A DNA stretch of 64,000 bases from an uncultured Actinomycetota bacterium. GTDB lineage: Bacteria; Actinomycetota; Actinomycetes; JAHEKZ01. The DNA is taken from contig CAVQYR010000001.1 of NCBI GenBank assembly GCA_963718235.1, positions 2,201,289-2,265,288 of the forward strand, written 5' to 3'. The position numbers and the translations under genes were made by a program. The notes beneath the pieces are model-generated. The model was not told the DNA's origin and did no database searches. It worked only from the letters and a program-made list of their open reading frames with translations. Below are positions 1 to 8,395 of the stretch, in pieces (position 1 is the stretch's first letter; each line of letters opens with the position of its first letter).

Positions 1-51
1 CAGGCAACCGCTACTAGCTTCTCCTGCCTCCAGCTGTGAAGCTGTCTGACC

Positions 52-606
52 GTGGCGGACAGGTACACGCGCTTCGCGCGCTCGGACCTCTCCTCCACGG
101 ATATCGCGGAGCTCGGTCAGGTCGACCAGCTGGCAGATCGGCTGCGCCGCTACCTCGACGAACGAACCAAAGACATCGCGGCCGTCCACGTCTTCGGCGC
201 CCAGAGCCGAGCGGTCCAGGGCCTCGTTGGCAACCTGCTGCGTGACCAGCTCGGCTTCGGCGAGGAGCGAGTCATCCCCGCTGACGGGGGTCTAGTCACC
301 CAAGCGAGGCCGGACTTCTTCTACCGTCTCTCGGAGGACAGCGGGATCATCGCCGAAGTCGAGCGTGGCGGCACCACGACGAACAACCACGACCTCAAGG
401 ACTTGTGAAAGGCACACATCTCGCCCGACGCTCGGCACCTGTTTCTCGTCGTGCCGGTGACGAACACCAATGAGGAGGGGCGGGTTCGGGAGCATCCCTT
501 CCGGGCGGTGAGCCGGCGGATGGCGACCTTCTTCGGGGATCCCCGCCGTGAGGTGGACGTCGTCAGCGTCCACGTCTTCGGCTACGGCGCCAGGGAGAAT
601 GCGTAG
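52..606 (+). pseudogene. PD-(D/E)XK (restriction endonuclease-like) protein interrupted by an in-frame TGA at 406-408
   Basis: The ORF 52..408 has ARPDFF...IIAEVERGG...NHDLKDL. The same frame continues past TGA (KAHISPDARHLFLVVP...VHVFGYGARENA) to TAG at 604-606 with normal codon usage. The fold call is inferred from motifs. Confidence 0.55.
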
Positions 607-652
607 GAGTACGCGTCCGAGTCGGAAAGCGGCAGGTCAGCGGCGCTGGATC

Positions 653-1354
653 TCACCATCGGGCCAGGCCAGGGACGTCGAACCCACCCCACGCGTTGGC
701 CCTCCGGTCCGGCAGCGGGTAGATGGTCTTCGACCGCACTTTCGTCCAGCCACCACGGTCCCACTGGTAGGTGACCAGCCTGCCCTTGAAGGGGCTCGTG
801 GTGTCACCGACCCGCTCGGCTGAACGCCGCGTGATCATCCCCGCCGGGTCCACGGCTCGACGCTGCCAGCCGTTGGAGATCCAGACGGCCCGGTCGATCA
901 TCCAGTACCGCTCCCGGCCCGGAGCGTCGAGCGTCCGGAGTCCGTCCCCACGCCAGGTGAGCGCTCGGTAGAGCTGGGCGTGCGCTCCCATCGTCTGACC
1001 GACAACGATCTCGTGGCCCGGCCGCCCGTCCAGCAGGGCTGTTCCCTGCCAGAAGGGTCCGATCCAGAACGCAGCTGACGGTCGGACCGTGACGATGTGG
1101 TCGGCACTCGTCTTGACGCGAACGATGACTCGTCGATTGGCCCCGTGTCCACGACTCGCGAGCCCCACGGCGTCCTTGTGTCCGTCCCCGTCGACGTCGA
1201 CGTGGGCCTTCACGATGCACCCGGCAACACCTGAGCAAACGCCCGGAGCAGCCGTCGCGACCTGAGCCGTCGACGATGTGGGGAGGGGCGCCAGGACCAG
1301 CCCTGTCACAGCGAGCACAGCCAGTGTCGTACGCACGAACACCTCCCCTGCCAT
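653..1354 (-). CDS. Secreted hypothetical protein with FG-GAP/VCBS-like DxDGDG motifs
   Basis: Signal-peptide-like N-terminus, a Cys pair, and DVDGDGHKD / LLDGRPGHEIVV motifs. Confidence 0.7.
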   Translation of the reverse strand: MAGEVFVRTTLAVLAVTGLVLAPLPTSSTAQVATAAPGVCSGVAGCIVKAHVDVDGDGHKDAVGLASRGHGANRRVIVRVKTSADHIVTVRPSAAFWIGPFWQGTALLDGRPGHEIVVGQTMGAHAQLYRALTWRGDGLRTLDAPGRERYWMIDRAVWISNGWQRRAVDPAGMITRRSAERVGDTTSPFKGRLVTYQWDRGGWTKVRSKTIYPLPDRRANAWGGFDVPGLARW

Positions 1355-1475
1355 TCCCAGTCAAGCGCGTGCTCGTGGCCCGGGCCAGGGTCCCTCGTCA
1401 CGAGTCCCTCGCAACACTCAGCCCAACTGATCAAGGCAACCGTAGCGATCGGATCTCACAATCCAGTGGAAGCGC

Positions 1476-1506
1476 GAGGGGCTGGCGTCTGGCACGCCAG
1501 CCCCTC
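1476..1506 (-). terminator. Hairpin downstream of nrdJ
   Basis: 13-bp perfect stem GAGGGGCTGGCGT / ACGCCAGCCCCTC with a 5-nt loop, about 22 nt past the nrdJ stop. Confidence 0.65.
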
Positions 1507-1528
1507 CTCACCCAGTCCGAGGGATGCC

Positions 1529-4441
1529 TCAGCTGCAGCCGCTGGTGGCGCCACACCCTTCGCAGACGTAGCAGGAGCCTGCTGGACGCATCTTGGTGCC
1601 GCAGGTGAAGCACATCGGAGCGTCGGACGCGGTTCCCTGCAGCGCCTCGAGCAGCTCGGTCGAGGAGTGTGCCCCCGTGACCTGCCTGCCTGAGGACTCG
1701 ATGACCTCGTCGTCGGTCTTCTCGAGGTGCTCAACGACCGGGGCTGACTGTGCCAGCGTGTCCAGCTCGGCCTGGACGTCGGGGTCAGGACCGGGGAAGT
1801 CGTTCCCGTCGTCCAGCTCCTCGTACGATCCGGTCTCCAGGTAGCGCGTGCGCTCCTCGGCGGTGTAGATGCCCAGCGCCGAGCGCGACTCGTAGGGCAG
1901 GTAGTCCAGCGACAGCCGCCGGAAGATGTAGTCCATGATCGACTGCGCCATCCGCACGTCGGCGTCATCGGTCAGACCCGCCGGGTCGAAGCGCATGTTC
2001 ACGAACTTCTGCACGTAGGTCTCGAGCGGGACGCCGTACTGCAGGCCGATCGACACCGCGATCGAGAAGGCGTCCATCATCCCGGCCAGGGTCGAGCCCT
2101 GCTTGGACATCTTCAGGAAGATCTCGCCCAGGCCGTCGTCGGGGTAGCGCGAGGCCGTCATGTAGCCCTCGGCGCCGCCGACCGAGAACGACGTGGTCGT
2201 CGCCGGGCGGTTCTTCGGCAGCCGCTTGCGCGTGGGCCGGTACTCGATGGTCGGGGCCACCGGTGCGGCCTCGGCCTTGACACCGTTGTCACGGCTGGTG
2301 CCCTTGGCGTCGGACAGCGGCTGGCCCACCTTGCAGTTGTCGCGGTAGATCGCCAGGGCCTTCAGACCGAGCTTCCAGCCCTGGAAGTAGATCTCCTCGA
2401 TCTCCTCCACCGTCGCGGTCTCCGACATGTTCACCGTCTTGGAGATCGCCCCGGACAGGAACGGCTGCACCGCAGCCATCATCCGCACGTGGCCCATGGG
2501 AGCGATCGTGCGCGCCCCCATGGCGCAGTCGAACACCGTGTAGTGCTCGGGCTTGAGCCCCGGTGCGTCGATGACGTTGCCGTGCTGGCTGATGTGCTCG
2601 ACGATCGCCTCGATCGTCTCCTGGGTGTAGCCGAGCCGGTGCAGGGCCCGCGGCACGGTCTGGTTGACGATCTGCAGCGAGCCGCCGCCGACCAGCTTCT
2701 TGAACTTCACCAGCGCCAGGTCGGGCTCGATGCCGGTGGTGTCGCAGTCCATCATCAGACCGATGGTGCCGGTCGGGGCGAGCACCGACGCCTGGGAGTT
2801 GCGGTACCCGTTGGCCTCCCCGAGGGTGATGACGTCGCTCCACACCTGCGTGGCCACGACGTGGACGTCCTTGTCGAGCGAGCCATGGGTGCGCACCGAG
2901 TCGTTGGCTGCGGCGTGCTTGCGCATGACCCGCTTGTGCGCCTCGGAGTTGCGGGCGTAGCCCTCGTAGGGGCCGACCACGCCGGCCAGCTCGGCCGAGC
3001 GGCGATACGCAGTACCGGTCATCAGTGAGGTGATCGACGCCGCAAGCGCCCGGCCGGCCTCGCTGTCGTAGGCCAGGCCTGAGGCCATGAGCAGCGCCCC
3101 GAGGTTGGCGTAGCCGATGCCCAGCTGACGGAACTTGCGCGTGGTGTCACCGATCGCCTCGGTCGGGAAGTCGGCGAAACAGATCGAGATGTCCATCGCG
3201 GTGATGACCAGCTCGACCACCTTGGTGAAGGTCGGTGCGTCGAAGGTGTCGTCGTCGCGCAGGAACTTCAGCAGGTTGATCGAGGCCAGGTTGCAGCTGG
3301 AGTTGTCCAGGTGCATGTACTCGCTGCACGGGTTGGACGCGGTGATCCGGCCGGACTCCGGGCAGGTGTGCCAGTCGTTGATCGTGCCGTCGTACTGGAT
3401 GCCGGGGTCGGCGCACGACCAGGCGGCCTGGCTGATCTTGCGGAACAGCTCACGGGCGTCGACGGTGTCGATCACCGAGCCGTCGGCCCGGGCGCGCAGC
3501 CCGAACGGCGCGCCGTCCTCGACCGCGTGCATGAACTCGTCATTGACCCGCACCGAGTTGTTGGCGTTCTGGTACTGGACGCTGGTGATGTCCTTGCCAC
3601 CGAGGTCCATGTCGAAGCCGGCGTCACGCAGCGCGTGGATCTTGGCCTCCTCGCGGGCCTTGGTCTCGACGAACTCCTCGATGTCGGGGTGGTCGACGTC
3701 GAGCACGACCATCTTGGCCGCGCGGCGCGTGGCGCCCCCGGACTTGATCGTTCCGGCCGCTGCGTCGGCCCCGCGCATGAAGGACACCGGGCCGCTCGCG
3801 GTGCCGCCTGAGGACAGCAGCTCCTTGCTGGAACGGATCCGGGACAGGTTGAGCCCGGCACCGGAGCCGCCCTTGAAGATCAGGCCCTCCTCGCGGTACC
3901 AGTTCAGGATCGAGTCCATGGTGTCGTCGACGGCGAGAATGAAGCACGCAGAAACTTGCGCCTTTGACGGAGTGCCGACGTTGAACCACACCGGGCTGTT
4001 GAAGCTGAACACCTGGTGCAGCAACATCCAGGTGAGCTCGTGCTCGAAGATCTCCGCGTCGGACGGCGTGGCGAAGTAGTCGTGCTGCTCGCCGGCGGCC
4101 CGGTAGGTCTTGACCACGCGGTCGATCAGCTGGCGCAGGCTCCACTCGCGGGTGTCGCTGCCGACCGCCCCGCGGAAGTACTTGGTGGTGACGATCGTGG
4201 AGGAGATGACCGACCAGAAGTCGGGGAACTCGACCCCACGCTGCTCGAACACCGACTCGCCGGTCTTCCAGTTGGTCTGCACGACGTCACGCCGCTCCCA
4301 GACCACCTCGTCGTAGGGGTGGATGCCAGGGGTCGTGAAGATGCGTTCCATCGCCAGGCCCTTCCGGATGATCTCCGGTCGGTCGTTCGATGGCTCGCCG
4401 CTGTCGGTGTGCTGCGGCGAACCGCTCACCATTTCGGTCAT
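1529..4441 (-). CDS. nrdJ: Class II (adenosylcobalamin-dependent) ribonucleotide reductase
   Basis: FNSPVWFN, SACFIL, ASNPCSE, LAPTGTI and ISKTVN motifs, a C-terminal CxxC...CxxC, and position downstream of nrdR. No intein seen. Confidence 0.96.
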   Translation of the reverse strand: MTEMVSGSPQHTDSGEPSNDRPEIIRKGLAMERIFTTPGIHPYDEVVWERRDVVQTNWKTGESVFEQRGVEFPDFWSVISSTIVTTKYFRGAVGSDTREWSLRQLIDRVVKTYRAAGEQHDYFATPSDAEIFEHELTWMLLHQVFSFNSPVWFNVGTPSKAQVSACFILAVDDTMDSILNWYREEGLIFKGGSGAGLNLSRIRSSKELLSSGGTASGPVSFMRGADAAAGTIKSGGATRRAAKMVVLDVDHPDIEEFVETKAREEAKIHALRDAGFDMDLGGKDITSVQYQNANNSVRVNDEFMHAVEDGAPFGLRARADGSVIDTVDARELFRKISQAAWSCADPGIQYDGTINDWHTCPESGRITASNPCSEYMHLDNSSCNLASINLLKFLRDDDTFDAPTFTKVVELVITAMDISICFADFPTEAIGDTTRKFRQLGIGYANLGALLMASGLAYDSEAGRALAASITSLMTGTAYRRSAELAGVVGPYEGYARNSEAHKRVMRKHAAANDSVRTHGSLDKDVHVVATQVWSDVITLGEANGYRNSQASVLAPTGTIGLMMDCDTTGIEPDLALVKFKKLVGGGSLQIVNQTVPRALHRLGYTQETIEAIVEHISQHGNVIDAPGLKPEHYTVFDCAMGARTIAPMGHVRMMAAVQPFLSGAISKTVNMSETATVEEIEEIYFQGWKLGLKALAIYRDNCKVGQPLSDAKGTSRDNGVKAEAAPVAPTIEYRPTRKRLPKNRPATTTSFSVGGAEGYMTASRYPDDGLGEIFLKMSKQGSTLAGMMDAFSIAVSIGLQYGVPLETYVQKFVNMRFDPAGLTDDADVRMAQSIMDYIFRRLSLDYLPYESRSALGIYTAEERTRYLETGSYEELDDGNDFPGPDPDVQAELDTLAQSAPVVEHLEKTDDEVIESSGRQVTGAHSSTELLEALQGTASDAPMCFTCGTKMRPAGSCYVCEGCGATSGCS

Positions 4442-4516
4442 CTGCTGATGTCCTCCTCATGGACAACGAACTGCTCGGTACCGGACTTCCCTGCCGGCCG
4501 GGGGTTGGGGGCCCGA

Positions 4517-5002
4517 CTACGGGCGTGGGGTGGGCTCGGGCTCGCGCCCGATCGGTTCACGTTCGGCGCGCAGCAGCGTGACCTCGGCCTCGAAGTCCTC
4601 CAGGGACTCAAAGCTTCGGTAGACCGAGGCGAACCGCAGGTAGGCCACCTCGTCGAGCTCGCGCAACGGGCCCAGGATCGCCAGGCCCACCTCGTGGCTG
4701 TCGATCTCGGCGCTGCCGGCGGCCCGGACGGTCTCCTCGACCTGCTGGGCGAGCACGGCCAGGTCGTCGTCGCTGACCGGGCGCCCCTGGCAGGCCTTGC
4801 GGACCCCGGAGACCACCTTGGCCCGGCTGAACGGCTCGGTGGCCCCGGACCGCTTGACCACGACCAGGGTGGCCGTCTCGGCGGTGGTGAACCGGCGCCC
4901 GCACTGGGCGCACTGCCGGCGCCGGCGGATCGAGGTGCCGTCGTCGGCGACCCGGGAGTCGACCACCCGGGTGTCCTCGGCGCGGCAGAACGGGCAGTGC
5001 AT
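4517..5002 (-). CDS. nrdR: Transcriptional repressor NrdR
   Basis: MHCPFC...RRRRQCAQC zinc ribbon, ATP cone and [10 protein letters not shown]. Start set at the ATG at 5002, preceded by a GAGGAGG RBS. Confidence 0.96.
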   Translation of the reverse strand: MHCPFCRAEDTRVVDSRVADDGTSIRRRRQCAQCGRRFTTAETATLVVVKRSGATEPFSRAKVVSGVRKACQGRPVSDDDLAVLAQQVEETVRAAGSAEIDSHEVGLAILGPLRELDEVAYLRFASVYRSFESLEDFEAEVTLLRAEREPIGREPEPTPRP

Positions 5003-5136
5003 CGCTGCCGCCTCCTCGCGCTCGGGGTCTGGTTCTGGGCTGGTGCCGCCGGGGGAACGGGGCTCCCTGGACGCCGTCACGAGGCCGGGCTGGGGATACC
5101 GCTGGGGATCTCCTGGGGAGAACCTGTGGGTGACCA

Positions 5137-5184
5137 ACCACAATCTGTGGATGACTTACAGGGATGTAACTACTAGATGTGGGG
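5137..5184 (-). promoter_or_regulatory. Tandem NrdR boxes
   Basis: ACCACAATCTGTGGAT (5137-5152) and ACTACTAGATGTGGGG (5169-5184; reverse complement CCCCACATCTAGTAGT), 32 bp apart, upstream of nrdR-nrdJ. Confidence 0.8.
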
Positions 5185-5315
5185 GTACCGTACGCGCCCT
5201 GGCCGACCAGATCAAGGGGCCGGGCCGATCTCGTCTGCGGTCGGCGTGTCGCGCGCTCACGCCCCGCTCAGGAACCCGTGACTGCCGGGGCGACGGTGCC
5301 CGCACCGGCCGTGGC

Positions 5316-5715
5316 TCAGGCCGGGACGAGCAGCGACTGTCCGGCCACGACGCCGGTGTCGGACAACGCGTTGAGGTCGATGATCCGGGCGACCGTCTCC
5401 CGCGGGTCGGTGTCGGGGTCGACCGCGACCGCCACGGTCCACAGCGTCTCGCCGGGCTGGACCACCCAGGTCGTGGCCACCGGAGCCGAGCTGGACGACG
5501 TGCCCGCCGGCGGGCGTGGGCTCGGCCTGGGCCCAGACCCGCCCGGCCGAGATCAGGGCGAACACCGCCACCGTGAGCAGCACCAGGACGACCAGTCGGC
5601 CTCGACGGGTCAGCCGAAGGGAAGCCGGCTGGGCCGGCGCCACGGCGACGGCGTGGGCCGCTTCGTCGGCTGGGCCGGACGGGCGGGTCGGGTGCTCGGC
5701 GAGGGTGTGGCTCAT
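5316..5715 (-). CDS. SOS-regulated LysM membrane protein (ChiZ/DivS/YneA-like division inhibitor) with one frameshift near 5510
   Basis: LRLTRRGR plus a TM helix in one frame; LysM (WVVQPGETLWTVA...RIIDLNAL...GQSLLVPA*) in the next frame. The span is 400 nt (3n+1) and the gene is divergent from lexA. Confidence 0.8.
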
Positions 5716-5756
5716 GGTCGGCTCCTGCGGTGCTGGTGCGGGCTTTCGGGGGAAGG

Positions 5757-5866
5757 TCGAACGACTGTTCGATCGAACGCCTGTACGAGTTGTACCCCAG
5801 GATCGAGCGGGAAGTCCAGCCTTTCCGGGCGACACGCTCGTACAGGTGTTTGAAACCTTTGTTCGA
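5757..5866. promoter_or_regulatory. Cluster of LexA (SOS) boxes
   Basis: TCGAACGACTGTTCGA (5757-5772, perfect), TCGAACGCCTGTACGA (5773-5788), TCGTACAGGTGTTTGA (5838-5853) and TGAAACCTTTGTTCGA (5851-5866). Actinobacterial consensus is TCGAAC-N4-GTTCGA. Confidence 0.85.
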
Positions 5867-5969
5867 GTGCGGCTACTGTCCTGACCAGAGTGATCGAGGG
5901 GTCTGACAGTTCCGCGGCCGAGGCTGACCGGCGGGCCAGGCTCCTGCCGAGGCAAGTGGCGGAGGCGAC

Positions 5970-6722
5970 ATGAGCACCAGCGACACCAACACCCCGCGGG
6001 CGACCCCCACCGAGGGGAAGCCGGTCGACGGGCCTGTCGACGGGTCGGCCGACGTCGTGTCGATCCCGGACGGGCCGGCCGACTCGGTGGGGCTGACCGC
6101 CCGCCAGCGCCGGGTGCTCGACTTCATCAGCGAGTCCGTAGAGCGCCGCGGCTACCCGCCGTCCATGCGTGAGATCGGTGAGGCGGTCGGGCTCACCAGC
6201 CCCAGCAGCGTGTCCCACCAGCTCACCGCGCTGGAGCGCAAGGGCTACCTGCGCCGCGACGCCAACCGCCCCCGGGCGATCGAGGTGGTCTCCCCCGACC
6301 CGGCCGAGCCCGGCTACGACGTCACCGGCGTGGGCGACGACCGGCCCGCGCCCTCCTACGTGCCCGTGGTCGGGCGGATCGCCGCCGGCGGCCCGATCCT
6401 GGCCGAGGAGGCGATCGACGACGTCTTCCCGCTGCCCCGCCAGCTGGTCGGCGACGGCAACCTGTTCCTGCTCAAGGTGATCGGCGACTCGATGGTCGAC
6501 GCCGCCATCTGTGACGGCGACTGGGTGGTCGTGCGCCAGCAGCCCAACGCTGACAACGGCGACATCGTGGCGGCCATGCTCGACCACGAGGCCACGGTCA
6601 AGACCTACAAGCGCCGCGATGGCCACGTGTGGCTGATGCCGCACAACCCCGCCTACGAGCCGATCCTCGGCGACGACGCGACCGTGCTCGGCCGGGTCGT
6701 GGCCGTGCTACGCCGGGTCTGA
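5970..6722 (+). CDS. lexA: LexA repressor
   Basis: [15 protein letters not shown] wHTH, VGRIAAG cleavage site, GDSM (Ser) and ATVK (Lys) catalytic motifs. Confidence 0.97.
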   Translation: MSTSDTNTPRATPTEGKPVDGPVDGSADVVSIPDGPADSVGLTARQRRVLDFISESVERRGYPPSMREIGEAVGLTSPSSVSHQLTALERKGYLRRDANRPRAIEVVSPDPAEPGYDVTGVGDDRPAPSYVPVVGRIAAGGPILAEEAIDDVFPLPRQLVGDGNLFLLKVIGDSMVDAAICDGDWVVVRQQPNADNGDIVAAMLDHEATVKTYKRRDGHVWLMPHNPAYEPILGDDATVLGRVVAVLRRV

Positions 6723-6740
6723 GCCGGGTCTGCGCCGCGT

Positions 6741-7331
6741 ATGAGCATGGCCGCCGAAGACGCCGCAGTCGCGCTCGAGCACGCCGTCGCCGCCAGCTGC
6801 GAGGCGCTGACGCAGACCCTCGACCGCGACTGGACCACCACCGCCGACGACCTCACCTGGTCGGTGCGCACCACCGTCGAGCACACCGCGAGCTGTCTGG
6901 TCGGCTACGCCGGGCAGGTGGTGGGCCAGCCCGAGCGCGGCTGGGTGGTGCCCGACGCTCCGCTCGAGCCCCAGATGACCTCAGCCGACGCCGTGGCGTT
7001 CCTCGCGGCCTCCGGTGCGATCCTCGCCAGCGTGGTGCGGACCACACCGCCCACCGCCAGGGGCTTCCACCCCTACGGCACGTCGGACCCGGAGGGCTTC
7101 GCCTGCATGGGGATCGTCGAGTCCCTCGTGCACACCTACGACGTCATGGCCACGTTCGGCGTCCCGTGGCAGCTGCCGTCCGCCTCGGCTGCGACCGCGC
7201 TGCAGCGGCTGTTCCGCGACGCACCGCAGGGCGACCCGGTCGACGTGCTGCTGTGGTGCTGCGGGCGTCAGCCGCTCGACGACCTGGCCCGGCAGGAGAA
7301 GTGGCGCTGGGACGGCACCCCCCTGGCCTGA
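6741..7331 (+). CDS. DinB / mycothiol-dependent maleylpyruvate isomerase family protein
   Basis: WSVRTTVEH and ESLVHTYDV metal-binding motifs, C-terminal LLWCCGR. Confidence 0.7.
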   Translation: MSMAAEDAAVALEHAVAASCEALTQTLDRDWTTTADDLTWSVRTTVEHTASCLVGYAGQVVGQPERGWVVPDAPLEPQMTSADAVAFLAASGAILASVVRTTPPTARGFHPYGTSDPEGFACMGIVESLVHTYDVMATFGVPWQLPSASAATALQRLFRDAPQGDPVDVLLWCCGRQPLDDLARQEKWRWDGTPLA

Positions 7332-7359
7332 CCCGCTCGGCGCGGGCAGGATCGGCCGC

Positions 7360-7764
7360 GTGAGCGAACCGCAGACGAACCCGCCGGCACCGCTGCCGAC
7401 CACCGGGTGGTGGGGCTCGGTGCTCGAGGCCCCCGACCCCCGCGCACTGTGCCGCTTCTACTCCGCCCTGCTCGGCTGGCCGATTGCCCACGAGTCCGAC
7501 TCGTGGTGCACGATCAAGGACCCGCGGGCCGAGGTGTACCTCGGGTTCCACGTCTCGCCCGAGCTCATCGCTCCGGTGTGGCCGCCGGCCGACGGCGCCC
7601 AGCAGAGCATGGGCCACCTCGACCTGGAGGTCACCGACGTGCCCGGTGCCGTCGCGCTGGCCCTGGCCCACGGCGCCCGCCTCGCCGACTTCCAGCCGCA
7701 GGACGACGTGCGGGTGATGCTCGACCCGGTCGGCCACCCGTTCTGCCTCTACCGCAGCAGCTGA
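7360..7764 (+). CDS. VOC / glyoxalase family protein
   Basis: DPRALCRFYSALLGW, HLDLEV and MLDPVGHPFCL motifs; GTG start at 7360. Confidence 0.85.
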   Translation: MSEPQTNPPAPLPTTGWWGSVLEAPDPRALCRFYSALLGWPIAHESDSWCTIKDPRAEVYLGFHVSPELIAPVWPPADGAQQSMGHLDLEVTDVPGAVALALAHGARLADFQPQDDVRVMLDPVGHPFCLYRSS

Positions 7765-7772
7765 GCCCTTGC

Positions 7773-7815
7773 TTCGCGCCCGATCGGTCCCGATTCGGGC
7801 GCAATCGGGCGCGAA
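7773..7815. terminator. Inverted repeat between convergent genes
   Basis: TTCGCGCCCGAT / ATCGGGCGCGAA 12-bp arms. Confidence 0.55.
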
Positions 7816-7822
7816 ACCGGGG

Positions 7823-8395
7823 TCAGTTGGCGGTGACGGTTCCGGTGATCGCGCCCTGCGCGAACGCCGCCTCGCCCACGGTGAGCAGCACGTTCTGGGT
7901 CTTGGCAGTGGTCGGGATCCGGGTCGGGCGGTCCAGCGCCAGGACGGTGAACACGTAGCGGTGGGTGCCACTGCCGGACGGCGGGCACGGCGGCGTCCAG
8001 CCCGGAGCTCCGTTGCTCGTCTCGTACTCGACCGCGCCGGGCGGGGTGTCCGCGCCGGGCAGCGAACCGGCGGCCGGGTCCAGGTTCGTGGTCAGCCGGT
8101 GCACGTAGTCGCCGCCCTTGGCGTCCGGGTCGTGCACGACCACCGCCACCGACTCGGTGCCTTCGGGCAGGTTGGCCCACGCGATCGTGGGGAACGCGCC
8201 TTCGCCGACGCAGGTCTCCGACGCCGGCAGCGGCTCGCCGTCGGCGAAGCTCGGGGAGGTGACCTCGATCGTCGACGGCACATCCAGGTCGGGGACGTCG
8301 ACGTCGGGACCGCTCGCGCAGCCGGACGCCGCGAGCCCGACCGACGCCGCGACCACCGCAGCGCGGAGGGCGGCTCGGCGCGACGGGAGTCTCAC
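7823..8395 (-). CDS. YbhB/YbcL (PEBP) family lipoprotein
   Basis: Lipobox ASGC, VTSPSF, VVVHDPDA, PPCPPSG and HRYVFTVLALD. The GTG start overlaps the upstream stop (GTGA). Confidence 0.85.
   Translation of the reverse strand: MRLPSRRAALRAAVVAASVGLAASGCASGPDVDVPDLDVPSTIEVTSPSFADGEPLPASETCVGEGAFPTIAWANLPEGTESVAVVVHDPDAKGGDYVHRLTTNLDPAAGSLPGADTPPGAVEYETSNGAPGWTPPCPPSGSGTHRYVFTVLALDRPTRIPTTAKTQNVLLTVGEAAFAQGAITGTVTAN

Noticed and set aside
406-470. Selenocysteine or genetic-code reassignment for the in-frame TGA
   Set aside because: TGA is the ordinary stop for most genes here, the context suggests Trp rather than Cys, and no convincing SECIS hairpin was seen.
1529-4441. Intein or intron in nrdJ
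   Set aside because: The length is normal, motifs are contiguous and there are no C...HN splice signatures.
4442-5250. Cobalamin riboswitch near the B12-dependent nrdJ
   Set aside because: No B12-box or conserved core was recognised. The leader is explained by NrdR boxes and DnaA-like boxes.
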